A stretch of DNA of 64,000 nt from assembly GCA_028534125.1 (NCBI GenBank), contig CM052817.1, positions 54,190,001 through 54,254,000 of the forward strand. The letters run 5' to 3'. The notes under the pieces are model-generated. The model was not told where the DNA came from. It searched no databases and saw nothing but the letters and a program-made list of their open reading frames with translations. Every line of letters starts with the position of its first letter. Within the stretch, counting starts at the first letter, position 1. Source of the DNA: Lama glama. Lineage: Eukaryota. Made by a program: the position numbers and the translations under genes. Positions 37,576-51,290 of this stretch are shown here, in pieces.

Positions 37576-39793
37576 GCCCCTTTAACCACATCGAGGGACA
37601 AGGGAAGTTAGAAGTAGCTATGTCTGCTCCTTTTGTCATTTCCTTTCTACATCCACTTTACTTTTAAACTATTCCACCTTTGGAAGAATATGAGCTCTGT
37701 AACTGAGGCTTACATTTTCTACCCAACACCCTGGGGGTGGGAACAAGCAAGCTTGTAAGCAGGGGGCCATTGAAACAGCTCTGATGAGGGCCGAATGTGA
37801 CTAACCCTTAATCTCTTTGGTGCAGGAATTGTGCTATTTGGCTTTGGCCCTCTATCTTTTGCCAAGAAGCAGGTACTGTACAAGCATTATACTAATTAAA
37901 CAACAGCTATTTATTCTGGGTGAGACCTGGCTAGGCTGACTGACCCAAAATACTCAGCCAAGGTTAAAGCAGAACTCAACAGAACTATCTTTTCTCTTTA
38001 TTTCTCTAAAATACTCAACTCTATTATTCCTTTCTGTTAATTGACGTTTAAGAAATAGTTTATCTAGGGATAACAACACTATAAAGTCATCATATCTTTT
38101 GCTAATTATGTTTTAGTACATACATTTTGCTACTGATTTAGTGAACTGGACCAAACCAAGCCCAAAGCATCCCGGAGACAACCGCCCAGTCTCCTTTATT
38201 TTGAAGCTACTGTCCCACTCTAATGTTTCCTTTTCCCTTCAGAAGCACCCTTCTCCCAAACTCTCACTCCTTCTTATCTACCTTACTCAGAACAAAATGT
38301 GCTAAGAAGCTCCTTTACCTAAAGAGTAAAGGTCCACTGGGGCTCAAGTTGTTATCCTTCCCAGGAGCATCTGCATTTCAATAAGAGCCAAGAATTGATC
38401 TTACTGGAGATTTAATTCATCAACAAAGTAAGAGGTTAGAGGATCCAGGGGCTTTCTGGCACCCTTGAAATAACAATATATAAACAACAACTGACTATGC
38501 CTATTTTTAAGTTCAGCTCAAATTAGAACCACTTGACAAAATCATATTTCTTATCTCTACCTATGCATTCAGCGGAGATAACCACGTTTCTAAAAAGGCT
38601 ATAAAAATGAAAGGTCAAATCTAAATTTTATAACAAGATGTTACTTAATTACACACATAAATATTACATTGTATTATACCTTATCCAGTTAATAATACAT
38701 GTCTGGGCATTTATAATGTTTTTGTTTGTTTGTTTGTTTTTTAATTAGGAAAAGGCAGCCTCTCTGAACAGATGAATAACAGAAAATAAAGGATGCACTT
38801 GTGAGCTGACTCACACCAGTTCCATGGCACTGGAACTAGCTATAATCTTGAGGTAAATCAGATCCAGTCTACTTTTTATTTGTTCCCATACAGTGTTTAT
38901 ATAGATCTACTCAATATAATGTCTACTAAGATCTGTGCTGGTAACTTAGAAAGATGAAACAATCGGTTCATAATGATTTCTAAAATTATTAGTTTTTTTT
39001 AAGATAAGTATCTAAAAATGTACTATCAATGAATGAAAATGGATTTAAAACTTAAGATTCAATGTGTGTCCTTAATGAGACATTTATAAAGATAAGCCAT
39101 AGATAGTAGAATATGAGCTAAATAAAATAAACTGAAATTTATTTTTGACTGTGATATAAAGTTCATCGTTTCAGTTTAGTAAGTGCACATTTATTAATAA
39201 CCTACATATAAGGCCCTATACCTGTTTCCTCCATATCAGTTTTTAATAAATGGCATAGTATTCTATTTCTAACATAGCACTTGTGTTTATCCTTCCAACT
39301 AGAACATACATTCCAAGAGAACATTGATTTTATTTTATTTTTTACAGCCATATTATAAACCAAGGACCTAAAAAAGTATCTAATCAGATATCATTAAACA
39401 TCTGTTAACTAAATAATAAATGAATGGGAATACAGGGATAGTTTAAAATGCAATCTCTGCACAAAAATAATTTGACTACACATTTTAAAAACCTGAGTAT
39501 ACATTTATTATTTCTTTTTACCCTCTGTATTATTTAAAAGAATGTGAAGAAAATAATCTACTTTTTAAACCTTGGCATTGTATTTAACATTCAACAGAAC
39601 TCTTTAAAAAGTCACCATCAGTAATGTCATTAAATATTGTTTTTGAACAAACACCTCACTGGTGATATTTTTAATGTATCAAATTATTTAAAAGAAAATG
39701 TGACAAACAGGATTAGAAAAATAAGTGGAATGGAAATTCTGAGATCCTAGTGTCATGCAAATTATATTATGATTTCCTATTTCAACGAATTAC

Positions 39794-40830
39794 AAATAAA
39801 GAAAACATGAAATTATAAAAGAAGACATACAAATCACTGAGAGTGGGAGAGTGAGGCAGGAAAATATAAAATTTTTTTTTCTTTCTTTTTTAAAATTTTT
39901 TTAACAGTAGGATGGGTTTGAGATCATGTTATTATCAGTTTATTAAAAACGGGCATAGGTTAATAGATTTACAAAAAAGGGTAACCACAAGTCAAAAATT
40001 TACAAGGGAGTCACAAAAATTAAATAAAATCCATGATAATACAAAGGAAAATTACCAAACCACAAAAGGAAGAAGAAAGGAACAAAGAGGATATACCAAT
40101 TCAACTGCAAAGATAAGTTCAAAATGGCAATAAACACACATCTATCATTAATTACTGTNNNNNNNNNNNNNNNNNNNNNNNNNNNNNNNNNNNNNNNNNN
40201 NNNNNNNNNNNNNNNNNNNNNNNNNNNNNNNNNNNNNNNNNNNNNNNNNNNNNNNNNNNNNNNNNNNNNNNNNNNNNNNNNNNNNNNNNNNNNNNNNNNN
40301 NNNNNNNNNNNNNNNNNNNNNNNNNNNNNNNNNNNNNNNNNNNNNNNNNNNNNNNNNNNNNNNNNNNNNNNNNNNNNNNNNNNNNNNNNNNNNNNNNNNN
40401 NNNNNNNNNNNNNNNNNNNNNNNNNNNNNNNNNNNNNNNNNNNNNNNNNNNNNNNNNNNNNNNNNNNNNNNNNNNNNNNNNNNNNNNNNNNNNNNNNNNN
40501 NNNNNNNNNNNNNNNNNNNNNNNNNNNNNNNNNNNNNNNNNNNNNNNNNNNNNNNNNNNNNNNNNNNNNNNNNNNNNNNNNNNNNNNNNNNNNNNNNNNN
40601 NNNNNNNNNNNNNNNNNNNNNNNNNNNNNNNNNNNNNNNNNNNNNNNNNNNNNNNNNNCCACCACCTGAATCAATTAGAAAAAGAAGAACAAAAAGCCCC
40701 AAAAAGCAGCAGAAGGAAGGAAATAGTAAAGATCAGAGAGGAATTAAATACAATAGAGATTAACAAGACCATAGAAAAAATCAACCAAACCAAAAGCTGG
40801 TTTTTTTTTTTTTTGAAAAAGTAAAAAATA
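39794..40830 (+). mobile_element. Internal L1 fragment (inter-ORF region and ORF2 N-terminus) spanning the gap
   Basis: ORF2 start MAINTHLSLIT at 40124; after the gap HHLNQLEKEEQKAPKSSRRKEIVKIREELNTIEINKTIEKINQTKSWFF. Confidence 0.9.
40159..40658. other. Assembly gap (500 N)
   Basis: Run of N. Confidence 1.
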
Positions 40831-41763
40831 AAATATCTTGAGACCATTCAGGGATAACAGGTTTCCAAAAAGGAAATAAATAAACACTTCTTAATTAAAA
40901 ATGTATTTCCTGTACAATTTTAAAGGAATTTTGGTCACTAACACTAGGTAACCTAAACAATTTGTATTGGAAAATTTGATAAGGTAAACTCTTTTTTTTT
41001 TTGGCAAGCAAGCATTATACCATCCTATTTAAAAGTTAGAATAAGTTAATATTCAAGATCAAATTTTAGGAATTTACCTATTCCTATATTTTTCCAAATT
41101 TGTTTCTTCTAAGATAAATCACTACTTGAAAGCTAACTAGAATATTATTAGATCATGCTCATATATTAAGTAGATTTTCAAAACATGTACCTAGTACATA
41201 TTTAGTACATGAAGAACCATCACTGAAGGTGATATTTCTAGTTTTGAAATTATATTAATCCTTCTGAATAAATAATTATTAATGAAGATTTTATTTATTG
41301 CTTTTCAGCAATTTCCTTGAAAAATCAAGCAAAGTAATTTATTTAACTCAGCTTTCAAAATTTGAAATTTTATAGGTAAACTAAAGATATTTAGCAATTG
41401 TTTCATTATATTTTTATGAACTAAAATACTATTTTATCTATGGACATTTCCAATAATTTATTTTCACGTCTCAGAAAACAAATATAAGTCAAATAGCAGG
41501 AGTCTAACATAGTAATGCAAAGTGCAAAGTATTCTCTCGATTACGACAAAAAGGATACTATCACAGGCAATCTATTTTAAGATAGTTAATATCTACAAAG
41601 ATGCTAACTCATTGACAAAGCATCCTGATAAATGTGTGTCAAAAAAGCATTTCATGATATGCGAAGACTTTCAAAAAGACTGAATTCTTTATTTGCAAGA
41701 GACCTTAAAAATCAATGTTTTTTAAATTTATTTTTGGCGATTCAGAATTCCAGGCCAAAAACC

Positions 41764-41803
41764 TGCACATGTATGCATGCGTGCGTATGTGCGTGTGTGC
41801 GTG

Positions 41804-41837
<34 letters not shown>
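41764..41837. repeat. Alternating purine-pyrimidine tract ending in (TG)n
   Basis: Directly visible. Confidence 0.95.
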
Positions 41838-43487
41838 ATTTTATATAGAAACTCAAGATCTTCAGAAATAAATAAGAAACTCCAACTTTGTCCAATCTAA
41901 TCATTTTATAAGTCAACTCACTAAAGTAAGACATGTTAAATGACTTTCATAAAATTCACACTTACAGTAACAGACCTTAAAAGCAAATTCATGAATCTTA
42001 ATTGCCAGTTTAGGTCTCATTCTAGAGTATACTAAATCTGACCAGTCACAAAGAACAAGAAACAAGTCAGAAGGGATTAAAGATGTAAATTAAAGCCCCA
42101 TTATTTGATTAAATTCCCATTATTCAACTGTATGTAATTTGCATTTTAACAGAGGTTTTCAAACTAAACTACTGCAGAACATGACTATTACATGATTAAA
42201 GCTGAGAGCTCTGCTATCACACCTGTACTCACAAAAAGGGGTAATGGACAGAAATTCCTGAATTTTAAATTTCTTTTTACTTTTTTCTTAGTATATGAGA
42301 TTGTAAGTGATTTAATAAAAATGATTTTTTTTATTACTTTATGTTTAATCATCAGTTTCTCAAAATATTCCAAATTAAGCACTATTGCTACTGGGTGACA
42401 ACCCCTAAATATTTGAGGATTACTACATACAACCTGTGAAATAACTTTCTTAACTACTAATTAACTGTTCTTACATCTGGAAAAACTATTAACTTATGCA
42501 ATTATATATTTTCAAACCATGGTTTAATAAAGGGATACCGTTTTTTTTAGAAAGAATGAAAACAGCCATTGAATCGCATTCTGAGAAGTACTTAAGGGCA
42601 AGGAGAGTACCTCATGATATATTAATTTAAGTAAAAGACACAAACTGTACATGCAGTCTGGTCCATAAAGACTATATCAGAAGAAAAAAACATAAGTACA
42701 TAGTTTTCCAAAAGACTAAAAAAAGCGTATAAATTTATGAATAAATGATATTCGCTGGTAGAAAAACATAAAAAAGGAATTTAGAAGAAAAACTGAGTTA
42801 TATAACTCCCTACATTTTACCAAATAATAAAATCTATATGACAAAATTTTAACGAACAAATTAAAAGTCACTTCCCATCTTCTCCTTCTGATAACTTCTC
42901 ATGCATATTTCGAGACTCACCTCAATACACCACATTTCAAAACTCTTATTTACCTCTTTTAGACTCAAAAGTATCCCTATATAGCTTTATCTGAGTCATG
43001 TATCATTTTGTTTCTTCTTACCTGTTCCCAAAACTCCAGGGACCATGTTTTACTTTACGTTTGACCTGCCTATGTTATAAAGCAAAGGCAGACAATAGGT
43101 ATGGAATAAAGGATGTTTAAATAACTAAGTCATTGCATTCCTTTAGCATTTGTTTTGTAATATTTTGTTCAAATATGTATTTTGTTTTATTAATAAATAC
43201 ATGTGGAACTAATAGACAATTTGGTAGAGATCAAGTGAATAAAACAGATATAACTTCTAGTATCTATGTGAAAATTGTTTTTGTGTGTATGTGTGTGTGT
43301 AACAAATAACTAAACATACATCTCTATGTTATTATTGATCAAAGGTGTTTTACATCTAATTCTGAAGTAACAGGTTTACTCAATTTCAAATATCTCAGTG
43401 ATGTAAAAAGAATGTGTTTCTTTAAGTAGAATAGGGCTATTATCTGGAAAAATTTCTTCGTAATTCAGAATCAAGTAAACACTATAA

Positions 43488-43580
43488 TGGAGTGGAACAG
43501 AACAGAATACAGTAGAATGGAACGGAATGGAATAGTGTAGAATAGAGAAGAACAGTAGAGTTGAATAGTTATAGAATAGT
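43488..43580. repeat. Degenerate pentamer repeat (GAATA/GAATG/GAACA)
   Basis: ggaacagaacagaatacagtagaatggaacggaatggaatagtgtagaatag. Confidence 0.8.
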
Positions 43581-43599
43581 TAATAGTACTATTAACATA

Positions 43600-43765
43600 A
43601 TAAAGCTATTTTATTACACATATAAATATCTGTTTAATTATCTACTTCCCCTGATCAAATATAAATCCCAACTAAGCAATGTTTTCTGCCTGTTTTGTTC
43701 ACACCTACAATCTCAGGACCTGGCACATGGTTGATGCTCAGTAAATCAGCTGAATAAATAAAATG
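43600..43765 (+). mobile_element. L2 3' end
   Basis: ctgttttgttcacacctacaatctcaggacctggcacatggttgatgctcagtaaat. Confidence 0.75.
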
Positions 43766-45074
43766 AATTATTTAGTATATTATGGCTTCAGCATCTAGCC
43801 TCAAGATATAGCTAAGCTCTCATCATATTTTTAATTCTTCTAGTTACAAGTGTCCTAATCTGTAATCCCTGTCATAGGAAAACATTTTCAACTTTGAAAA
43901 TATTCCAAAGTTATGATTAATTCTTCTTTTTCATTTTTAATAATACTGCTTTGATGCTTTTCCCACTGCCTTGTCCACTCCTCCAGCCTTTGTGGGATCT
44001 TCTTTGTGCCTCAGTAGTCATCATTACTTAAAAAAAAACCTCTTTGAAGTGTTTCAGATCTAAAATATTTCTTTCTCCACCCACCACCACTATTTTTGAT
44101 TGATTACATTTAGGTACACAAAAGGAGAACCAACTAAATTTTAGTTCAAGATTATAAAGTGTTTGTTTTAAGAGTTTTGTTTTGTTTTGCTTTAACAAAT
44201 AGGTAAAATATATTACTAGTCATATAATGACATTTCTCATTTTATAATAACATTGTCACATTTTCAACATGAAATGCATTCATGCCTTCCTGAGAATGTA
44301 AGCTCTACACAAAAGAAATTCCAAAGACAAATATTTGTCTCACTTACAGAATAAGGGGGGGGGGAATCATTCCGTTCAACCATATATTTGTATGATTTAG
44401 TCTGTTATAAAAATATTTGTATATAAGTCTACATGGACAAAAGACTAAAGACTATAGGTGTGTATACCTATATACAGTCATGCCTATATATGAGCACATG
44501 CACACAAACTAAAACCTACCACTTGTTCAGCCAAATTAATTCTATGTGTAAAATAATGGTTTCTAAATTTCAGAAGAAGCTCGCCATTACAATGTATGAT
44601 TTATCCATATTAACTATCCACAGTTATAAATGAAGCCCTTTACACTCCAGTACAATGTAATAATACATCATACTTATCACCAAAAAAAAATCCTATTTGC
44701 ATCCATTCTCATTGTTCTGTTTTAAAAATAAATCTTTATTTTGAAGTAAATCTAAATACAAAATATTTGTGTCATGTTATGATTTATGTAAATATTACCT
44801 TAAAAGAAAGGTAGGAACGAAAAACAACTCAAGCAAAGAAAAAAAAAATCAATGATGAAAAGCACTTATTTTTCCTAAAGATCCCTTATATTTTTCTCAG
44901 TAAAATTTGTATTCAGAAAGTAGAAGTATAGATTTTCTTAACTTCTTTGCTAAGGCCACTAAATTAAGGTGAACCTTAGTTACAGGAGCTATTTAATTAA
45001 AACCTCACAGCAATTCAGAGCTGCGGGAAGAATTATAATTCAAAGATAAACAATCAAGATAATTGAAGCTTTCC

Positions 45075-45355
45075 TTTCTACCAGGCACTGTGCTGGGCAC
45101 TTTACTAATCCACTAATATTATTTTATAAGTAATAGCAATAATTTAATATATAAGTATTTAATAATTTAATAAGCGTAGTAATAATTTACTAAACTAATC
45201 CACTTAATATTCACAACAACCTTACAAAGTAAGAACTCTTGTACCTTTACTCTGTCTGTAAATAAGCTGAGGAACGGAGACTGTAAGTGACTTACCCAAG
45301 GCCACTCACCAAGACTTGAAACCTAACTGGTCCACAACCATTCTCTTCACCACTA
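45075..45355 (-). mobile_element. MIR SINE interrupted by an AT-rich insert
   Basis: ccaggcactgtgctgggcacttta...gctgaggaacggagactgtaagtgacttacccaaggccac. Confidence 0.75.
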
Positions 45356-48019
45356 CATTTTATTTCTCCATTATAAATGTTTCTTACCAAATATATATTA
45401 GTTTAAACTTTGTGTTGTCCTACATATCCAGCTCCTTTTCAAGAATATCTTATTTTAATTGTTCTTCACAATGAATTGAAATGTCTAGACATAGGTTTTT
45501 AGGTCTTTTCATGTCCAATTACTTTCTTCCCCAGAAAAATGTAGCAATAATAGATTTTTCACCACCAGAAGCTTCAAAACATTTTAAAGTCTACATATCA
45601 GCTGCTATTCCAAAATGATCTATAAATTGCAAGGAGAAAGCTATCACTATGTCTAAGAGCAATTTTAAATCCTGGAAGTAAGTTCCCTAAGAACTCTATT
45701 CATGTCAAATCAAAATTCCTGACTAAAATATTTTATAAAAATGGTGAGCATTAATACCTTTGTATTCCTGATCAAAGTATTAGTTAGCATGGTGCTGTAT
45801 ACATAAAATGAAACATAACTGACAGTTCAGAAAAAATAGTATAACATATGCTGCTTTGTTTTTAGGCGAAGCTGTGGAAAACGGCCAGCTGCTGTGAAGT
45901 CACATTGAGCCTGACAGCTGCCCCTCTGCCCACACCAGTACCTCCAGAGGATGCATTCACAATTGGAAATGGCTATGCGTGGAAGGCCTGGATGGAAAGA
46001 AACCATGATTCGCAAAACAGGTCAGCTATTTATGTTTTAGGTTACCAATTTTAAAATGCATTAACACTGCTTACATTTTCTATTTTTGCTACTAGGAATG
46101 ATCATTCAGAGAGAGAAATACAGTTTCACCTAGCCTTAAATTCCAAATTTCACTAAAAGGAGAAGAAAAATCCAGTAATTACAACACTCCATCAGTGAAT
46201 ATTTTCACTATGTCTGGCAACATCTCTGCCTTGCAGGTGGGGAACAGAGAAAGAAAGGATTCAAGATAAAATTTTACAAATAAACATCAACTATATGGAT
46301 TCACAGTAAAATATATGTGACACATGTTTGTCCAACACATTCAAAATCATTTATTAAGATGCTGTAATGTAAACAATATGTATAAATAAATATTATCTCT
46401 TAAATCTCAAAGAATTTCAGAGAAAGTTTATTTCAAAAAGCCACATCAATAAATTAAGAAACAAAGAAACAGAAATCTAACTTACAGATTGAAGAGTGAA
46501 TGATTCAGTTTCAATTGGCCTTGAAGGTTTAGAAGTGTGTGCTTTTGTTTACAGTTTTTTATCACTTATATTTAAATATTTGGCCTGCATAACGAATTCA
46601 CATTAGAAAATAATATAGATTATCATGTATTTAAGTATATGTATACAATTGTTAAAAATTCTATGTAGAAGGAGTAAGTTGTGTATACAGATATTACCAT
46701 AGTCATGTGTGTGAAAATAGTGTATCTATTACTATAGCATATGTTCGTTAGATTTAAGCTCAAAGTTAAATGAAAATTAACACCGCTCATTTAAAATGTC
46801 CATTAACCAAACACAGAATCTAATACATGCTCAGTAAAGGGAAAACAATATTCAAACTGCCAGAAACAATTCGATTTAATTTTTCAAGGTAAAAATACAA
46901 CAAATTTAAAAGTAAAAATAAATATAAGAGACATGAAAGCAAAAGGTTGCATATACAGTCACTACTCATTTATCTGCAGAAATGAACTTTACATTTTGTT
47001 CTATTCTTTCCTTTTTGAGTTCTACATAAGAATCGTATGTCTCACTGAAAACTAATTTTATAGTAATTTCTACCAAGGTCATCTATGCAGCTTTTTCTTA
47101 TCTAATGATATATACACAGCAATGGCCCTAAAGAATATTATCAGGGAAAAGAACAGGAGTGCATATAAAAAAATAAAAAGGAAGGCTGAGACAAGAAAAT
47201 AATTAAAAAACAGTAATAACACTAGTAATGTATAGTATTTCACAATATGAATAAAACCAAGAAAAGTCATTGTTATTAATAGAAGAAATGTTAAGTTTTC
47301 TTGAAAATAACTTTATGTATTTTTTTCATAATTTTGCTACCTGTTTATAAAATTCCTGAATAGTACTGAATACAACAGAGATTATTTCTCTATGATAAAC
47401 CTAAAAATAAAACAGTACAATTTGATATATCTGAATTTTTAGTTCTTCTGCCAACTTCACACTTCAAGTTTTTACTTCTTCGTTAACTCTTAATGAAACA
47501 TCTGTTTACATAAACAGGTGTTTTGCTTACAGAAGTCACATAGCTTTTAATAATGTCTTACATTTATAATTAAGTGAAATAGCTGGAAATCAGGAAGACA
47601 CAAGTTTGTTTCAGAATGATGTTTATCTTAGTTTGAAAGGTAATAATTCTTATTTCCATCAACTACATGGGAAACAAGGAACATTTTTAGCAAATGTGAA
47701 GTTCAGAGAATCTAAAACAAGTGAAATATAAATGAAGATACCAAACAATTTGCTCCAATTTGAAATACTGGCTATTTGAATCACCAACACTAATTCAATT
47801 AAAATGAACAACTGAATAATGACAGCAATTTGAAAGTAATTAAAGCAAATATATACGTGCATACTTGTTTACATATCAAAATATCTGCATATCTAGATAT
47901 ATTTTTGCACATATATGGATCAAATGTTTTTGTGTACAGGACTCACACACCTTTTAGGTAGTACTCCCAGGGCTACTACCTATTGTAATGTTTTTGAAAT
48001 GAAATAAGGAAGTTAGTGG

Positions 48020-48490
48020 AGACTAACAGAAGCTTAGAGGTAAACCAGTTCTCTGTATAAGAAATGGACAATGATTATGAGTTATAGGTTAATGTATACC
48101 TATAAATTCAAATCAATTTTCAATTATCTGCACAAGCATGAGGTAGATCCCAACAAGGGTTTGTAAAGTATAAATGCTTCCACATCGATTTAGTTCTCTC
48201 CTGGGATAAACTTAGAGGCAATGTAGATAAGGAGAAAGCAATATATTTAATCTGTGGACTTCAGCGACTGTTGTGATTTTAACTGATATAATATCCATTA
48301 CAAACCCAAACGATAATTTTATGACTAAATGCACCAATATCCCACTGCTTAAAAGGGAACTGACAGTTACAAAATAATCTCAGGTAATCATGTTAACAGC
48401 TACCCCCAGGAATCAACCCAAGGGAAATGTAACATAAATATATTTGTACGATTTTTGAACAATGGAATTGAGACCATGATAATCAATAAT
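48020..48490 (+). mobile_element. Ancient CR1/L3-clade LINE, reverse-transcriptase relic
   Basis: From 48151: QQGFVKYKCFHIDLVLSWDKLRGNVDKEKAIYLIC/DFS (cf. QHGF..KSC.TNL..FFD.VT..VD.G.AVD.IYLDFSKAFD); from ~48398: SYPQESTQGKCNINIFVRFLNNGIETMII (cf. SGVPQGSVLGP.LFNIFINDLD.GIE..LI). Confidence 0.75.
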
Positions 48491-49374
48491 GTGTCCTACA
48501 TTATTGAGATCACTTCCTAAATGGGGCCCTTCCATCATTCTCTTTCTCTACCAATTCATTTCACATATCACTTTTTTATCTGTAATATATTTCTCACATG
48601 TTCCCTATCCCTTAAATCCTTTAAAATTTCATCCAGCCTAAAAAAGAAAGTTCAATGTCCTCAGACCAACATTCACACCCTTTCAGAACCTACTCCATCT
48701 TACCTGACCTTATACTCAGAATGCTCTCCCATTAAATCTATCATCACTGACCTAGCCTCTTCTACTGTATGAATCCTTCCCAATCACACTATGATACTTT
48801 AGGAAAACAATGGCACTTACAGACTATGTCACTTAATTAGCATTTAGTATATGAATCCTAAAAATGTAATCTATGCATGTCTCCATGTTTGAGTTACTGA
48901 AAAATCAATATTAAGTTTCTGATGAATGTCTTCTAAGCAGTCTACACAACAGAACTTTAAAAATCAGGTAAATAATAATTGCCAAGTTACTTTATTACAT
49001 GCTGGCATTTTGTGAAACAAGAGTTGTCTTACTTGCTCCCCATTATCTAATGAAAGTATATCGTGAGATTTCACATCACAAACTCTCCAAATCTCAAAAT
49101 GGAATGTGGACATATCACAGTCATTATAGTTATGCCTAAAATTTTAGTAAGAATGAGGATAATACAGAATTAGACTTACACGTTTTGTGCCTGAAAGCCC
49201 TTTTGAATGATTCAAAAGATGTTAATATAATTTCAAACACCAAGCAAATACATTTAAAAGATTCTCAAACATCATCACCACAAGTTCAACTAAGAACAAG
49301 AGCTTGTCTTCCTGTTCCATGAATCAATAAAAACTGAGATAACATCTGTAAGATTTGGGATATCATGAATATGA

Positions 49375-49797
49375 CTAGTATTCTAGGTCAAATTCCCTGA
49401 GAACAAATCCTGAGTCCAAGATACTTTTGCAGGAGGATTACTGGAAACAATACCCAAGAGGAGTGAAGAAAGCAAAGCTGAGCAGACCTGTGAACTGTGT
49501 TACAAAAGTACAGAGGCATCACCCTTTTAATAAGGAGACTGCAAGGCAAAATGGCCCTTGGAGGTAGTCGTAGAAGGCAATGGAGAGGGGATGGGTACCC
49601 TAGTATCATCCACTTATTGGAGGAAGACTTTCTTTGGACAGAGACATAACCCTGAGCAAGGGGACTCCTTGCCTGAGGGAAATTCTTACAAGAGAGATTC
49701 AGTTGTCAGCCCAAAGCAGCCGTACTCCAGGCAAATAGGGAGATCAGTTCAAAGGGTGAGGGGGAATCTGAACAGTATATAAAATATCCATAACCAA
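49375..49797 (-). mobile_element. ERVL LTR (LTR16-like)
   Basis: ggtcaaattccctgagaacaaatcctgag...tgcaggaggattactgg and gggaatctgaacagtatataaaatatccata resemble the LTR16 ends. Confidence 0.6.
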
Positions 49798-50429
49798 CTA
49801 GTGATTTCTTTTGTGTAGGTTGAAAGCAAGGGATTTGAAAATAGACTCATGCAAAATCAGAGTTCAGTATGTATTAACCTTAGTCTACTATAGCAGAAAC
49901 TCTTCAGCTGGTCTGCTTGTTACCATGTCTTCCTGTGACTTCTGGGAAACTGACCCCTGTTCTATTCTACTCAGATCAGAAATGATTAAAGAGGGCTGCT
50001 TGCCAATTGAAGTGGTGTCCAGGATACATCCAGATTAGGATATATATTGGACTACTCCAAACAAATAGACATTTGTACACATACGTAGAGTCTGAGGATC
50101 ACATGTGGGCTTCCAGAAGGCATAATGTAATCCTCACTCGATCAAGTGTTATTTTCTGCACCTCTGTATCCTTTGGTGAGAAACTTGAGCTCAAAGTTTG
50201 CATGCCCATTTATACTAGAAAATATTGCCAATCTCTCTGCCATGTATCCAAACTGCTCTGAGGTCTTAAAAAATATATTATATAAGTAAACCTTTCTATT
50301 TACCTTGGTGATTATCTGAGCTGGTCTACCTACCAATATGGAAATTGTTGAACCTACCGATATTCAACACAGTGATTATACAGCCTTGGTGATATTTTTC
50401 GTTACCTATAAGCTTATAAAATCTCCACC

Positions 50430-50730
50430 ATTCAGAGTAAGTTTTGCTTTGCCTTTTTTTCATTAAAATGTTATATGTTCAATACTTACGTCTTTAAACC
50501 ATCTATAACTTATTAGTGATATGGTATGAAAGAGAGGAAATGGACTTTTATAGAAATGTCTAACAAAATATCAGAGGAACAGTTCTTAAATAGTTCAATC
50601 TCTTTTTTTGTATGTTTGGGTCTTCTACTGTAATCAGGTCCTATATATACATCAGAGTCAGTTTCTGGACTATTTATATTCTATTCTAATGGTTTACTGA
50701 CTATTCTTGTATCAAATTTACTGTTTTAAA
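50430..50730 (-). mobile_element. Old L1 ORF2 fragment
   Basis: gagtcagtttctggactatttatattctattctaatggtttactgactattcttgtatcaaa. Confidence 0.55.
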
Positions 50731-50949
50731 AATATTTAAACTATTAAGTTAGATAATAATTAAGAAGGAAATAGTAAACAATAAGTGCTCATTAAATGGT
50801 TCTCAAATATTTCTTATTAGGATTATTCATAGATGTTTGAAATGTTTAAGGCTGTAATGTTTGGAAATTTCTATAGCAAAATTACAAACTTATTTTGCTT
50901 ACATAAAAAAAGCTATGTATAAAGAAAACTCTTTTATCTTTATTTTTTA

Positions 50950-51290
50950 ACAGATATTAAACACAGACTTCAAAAATAAAGAATTGCATTTAAAATGAGC
51001 TGAGAGAACAAAAAGCAGAAGGGGCAAATAGAAGTGAATCAAGAACATAATAGTCTTAAACCAAAATACATAAATAATTATTTTAAATATAATTAGACAC
51101 AATATATCAATGAAATCGGTAGAGATTGACAGGTTGGATAAAACATAAGACTAAACTATACATTGTCACTTATAATTGTGCTATGTAATAAGAAAAAACA
51201 GATCTTGTTTAAAAGAAGAAACACATTTATACATAAAGACACAAAGAATTTAACATAAAGGAATAAAAAATGATATACCTAGTAATGTAA
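50950..51290 (+). mobile_element. Old L1 fragment (ORF2 endonuclease start)
   Basis: agagattgacaggttggataaaacataagactaaactatacattgtc...gaaacacatttatacataaagacaca. Confidence 0.6.

Noticed and set aside
40000..40702. Long ORFs of 181-224 aa
   Set aside because: Artefacts of translating the 500-N gap; only the L1 ORF2 start at 40124 is meaningful.
49180..49190. Possible 11-nt microexon (cag|GCACAAAACGT|gtaagt)
   Set aside because: Weak polypyrimidine tract and 5' UTR intron location; such motifs are frequent by chance.
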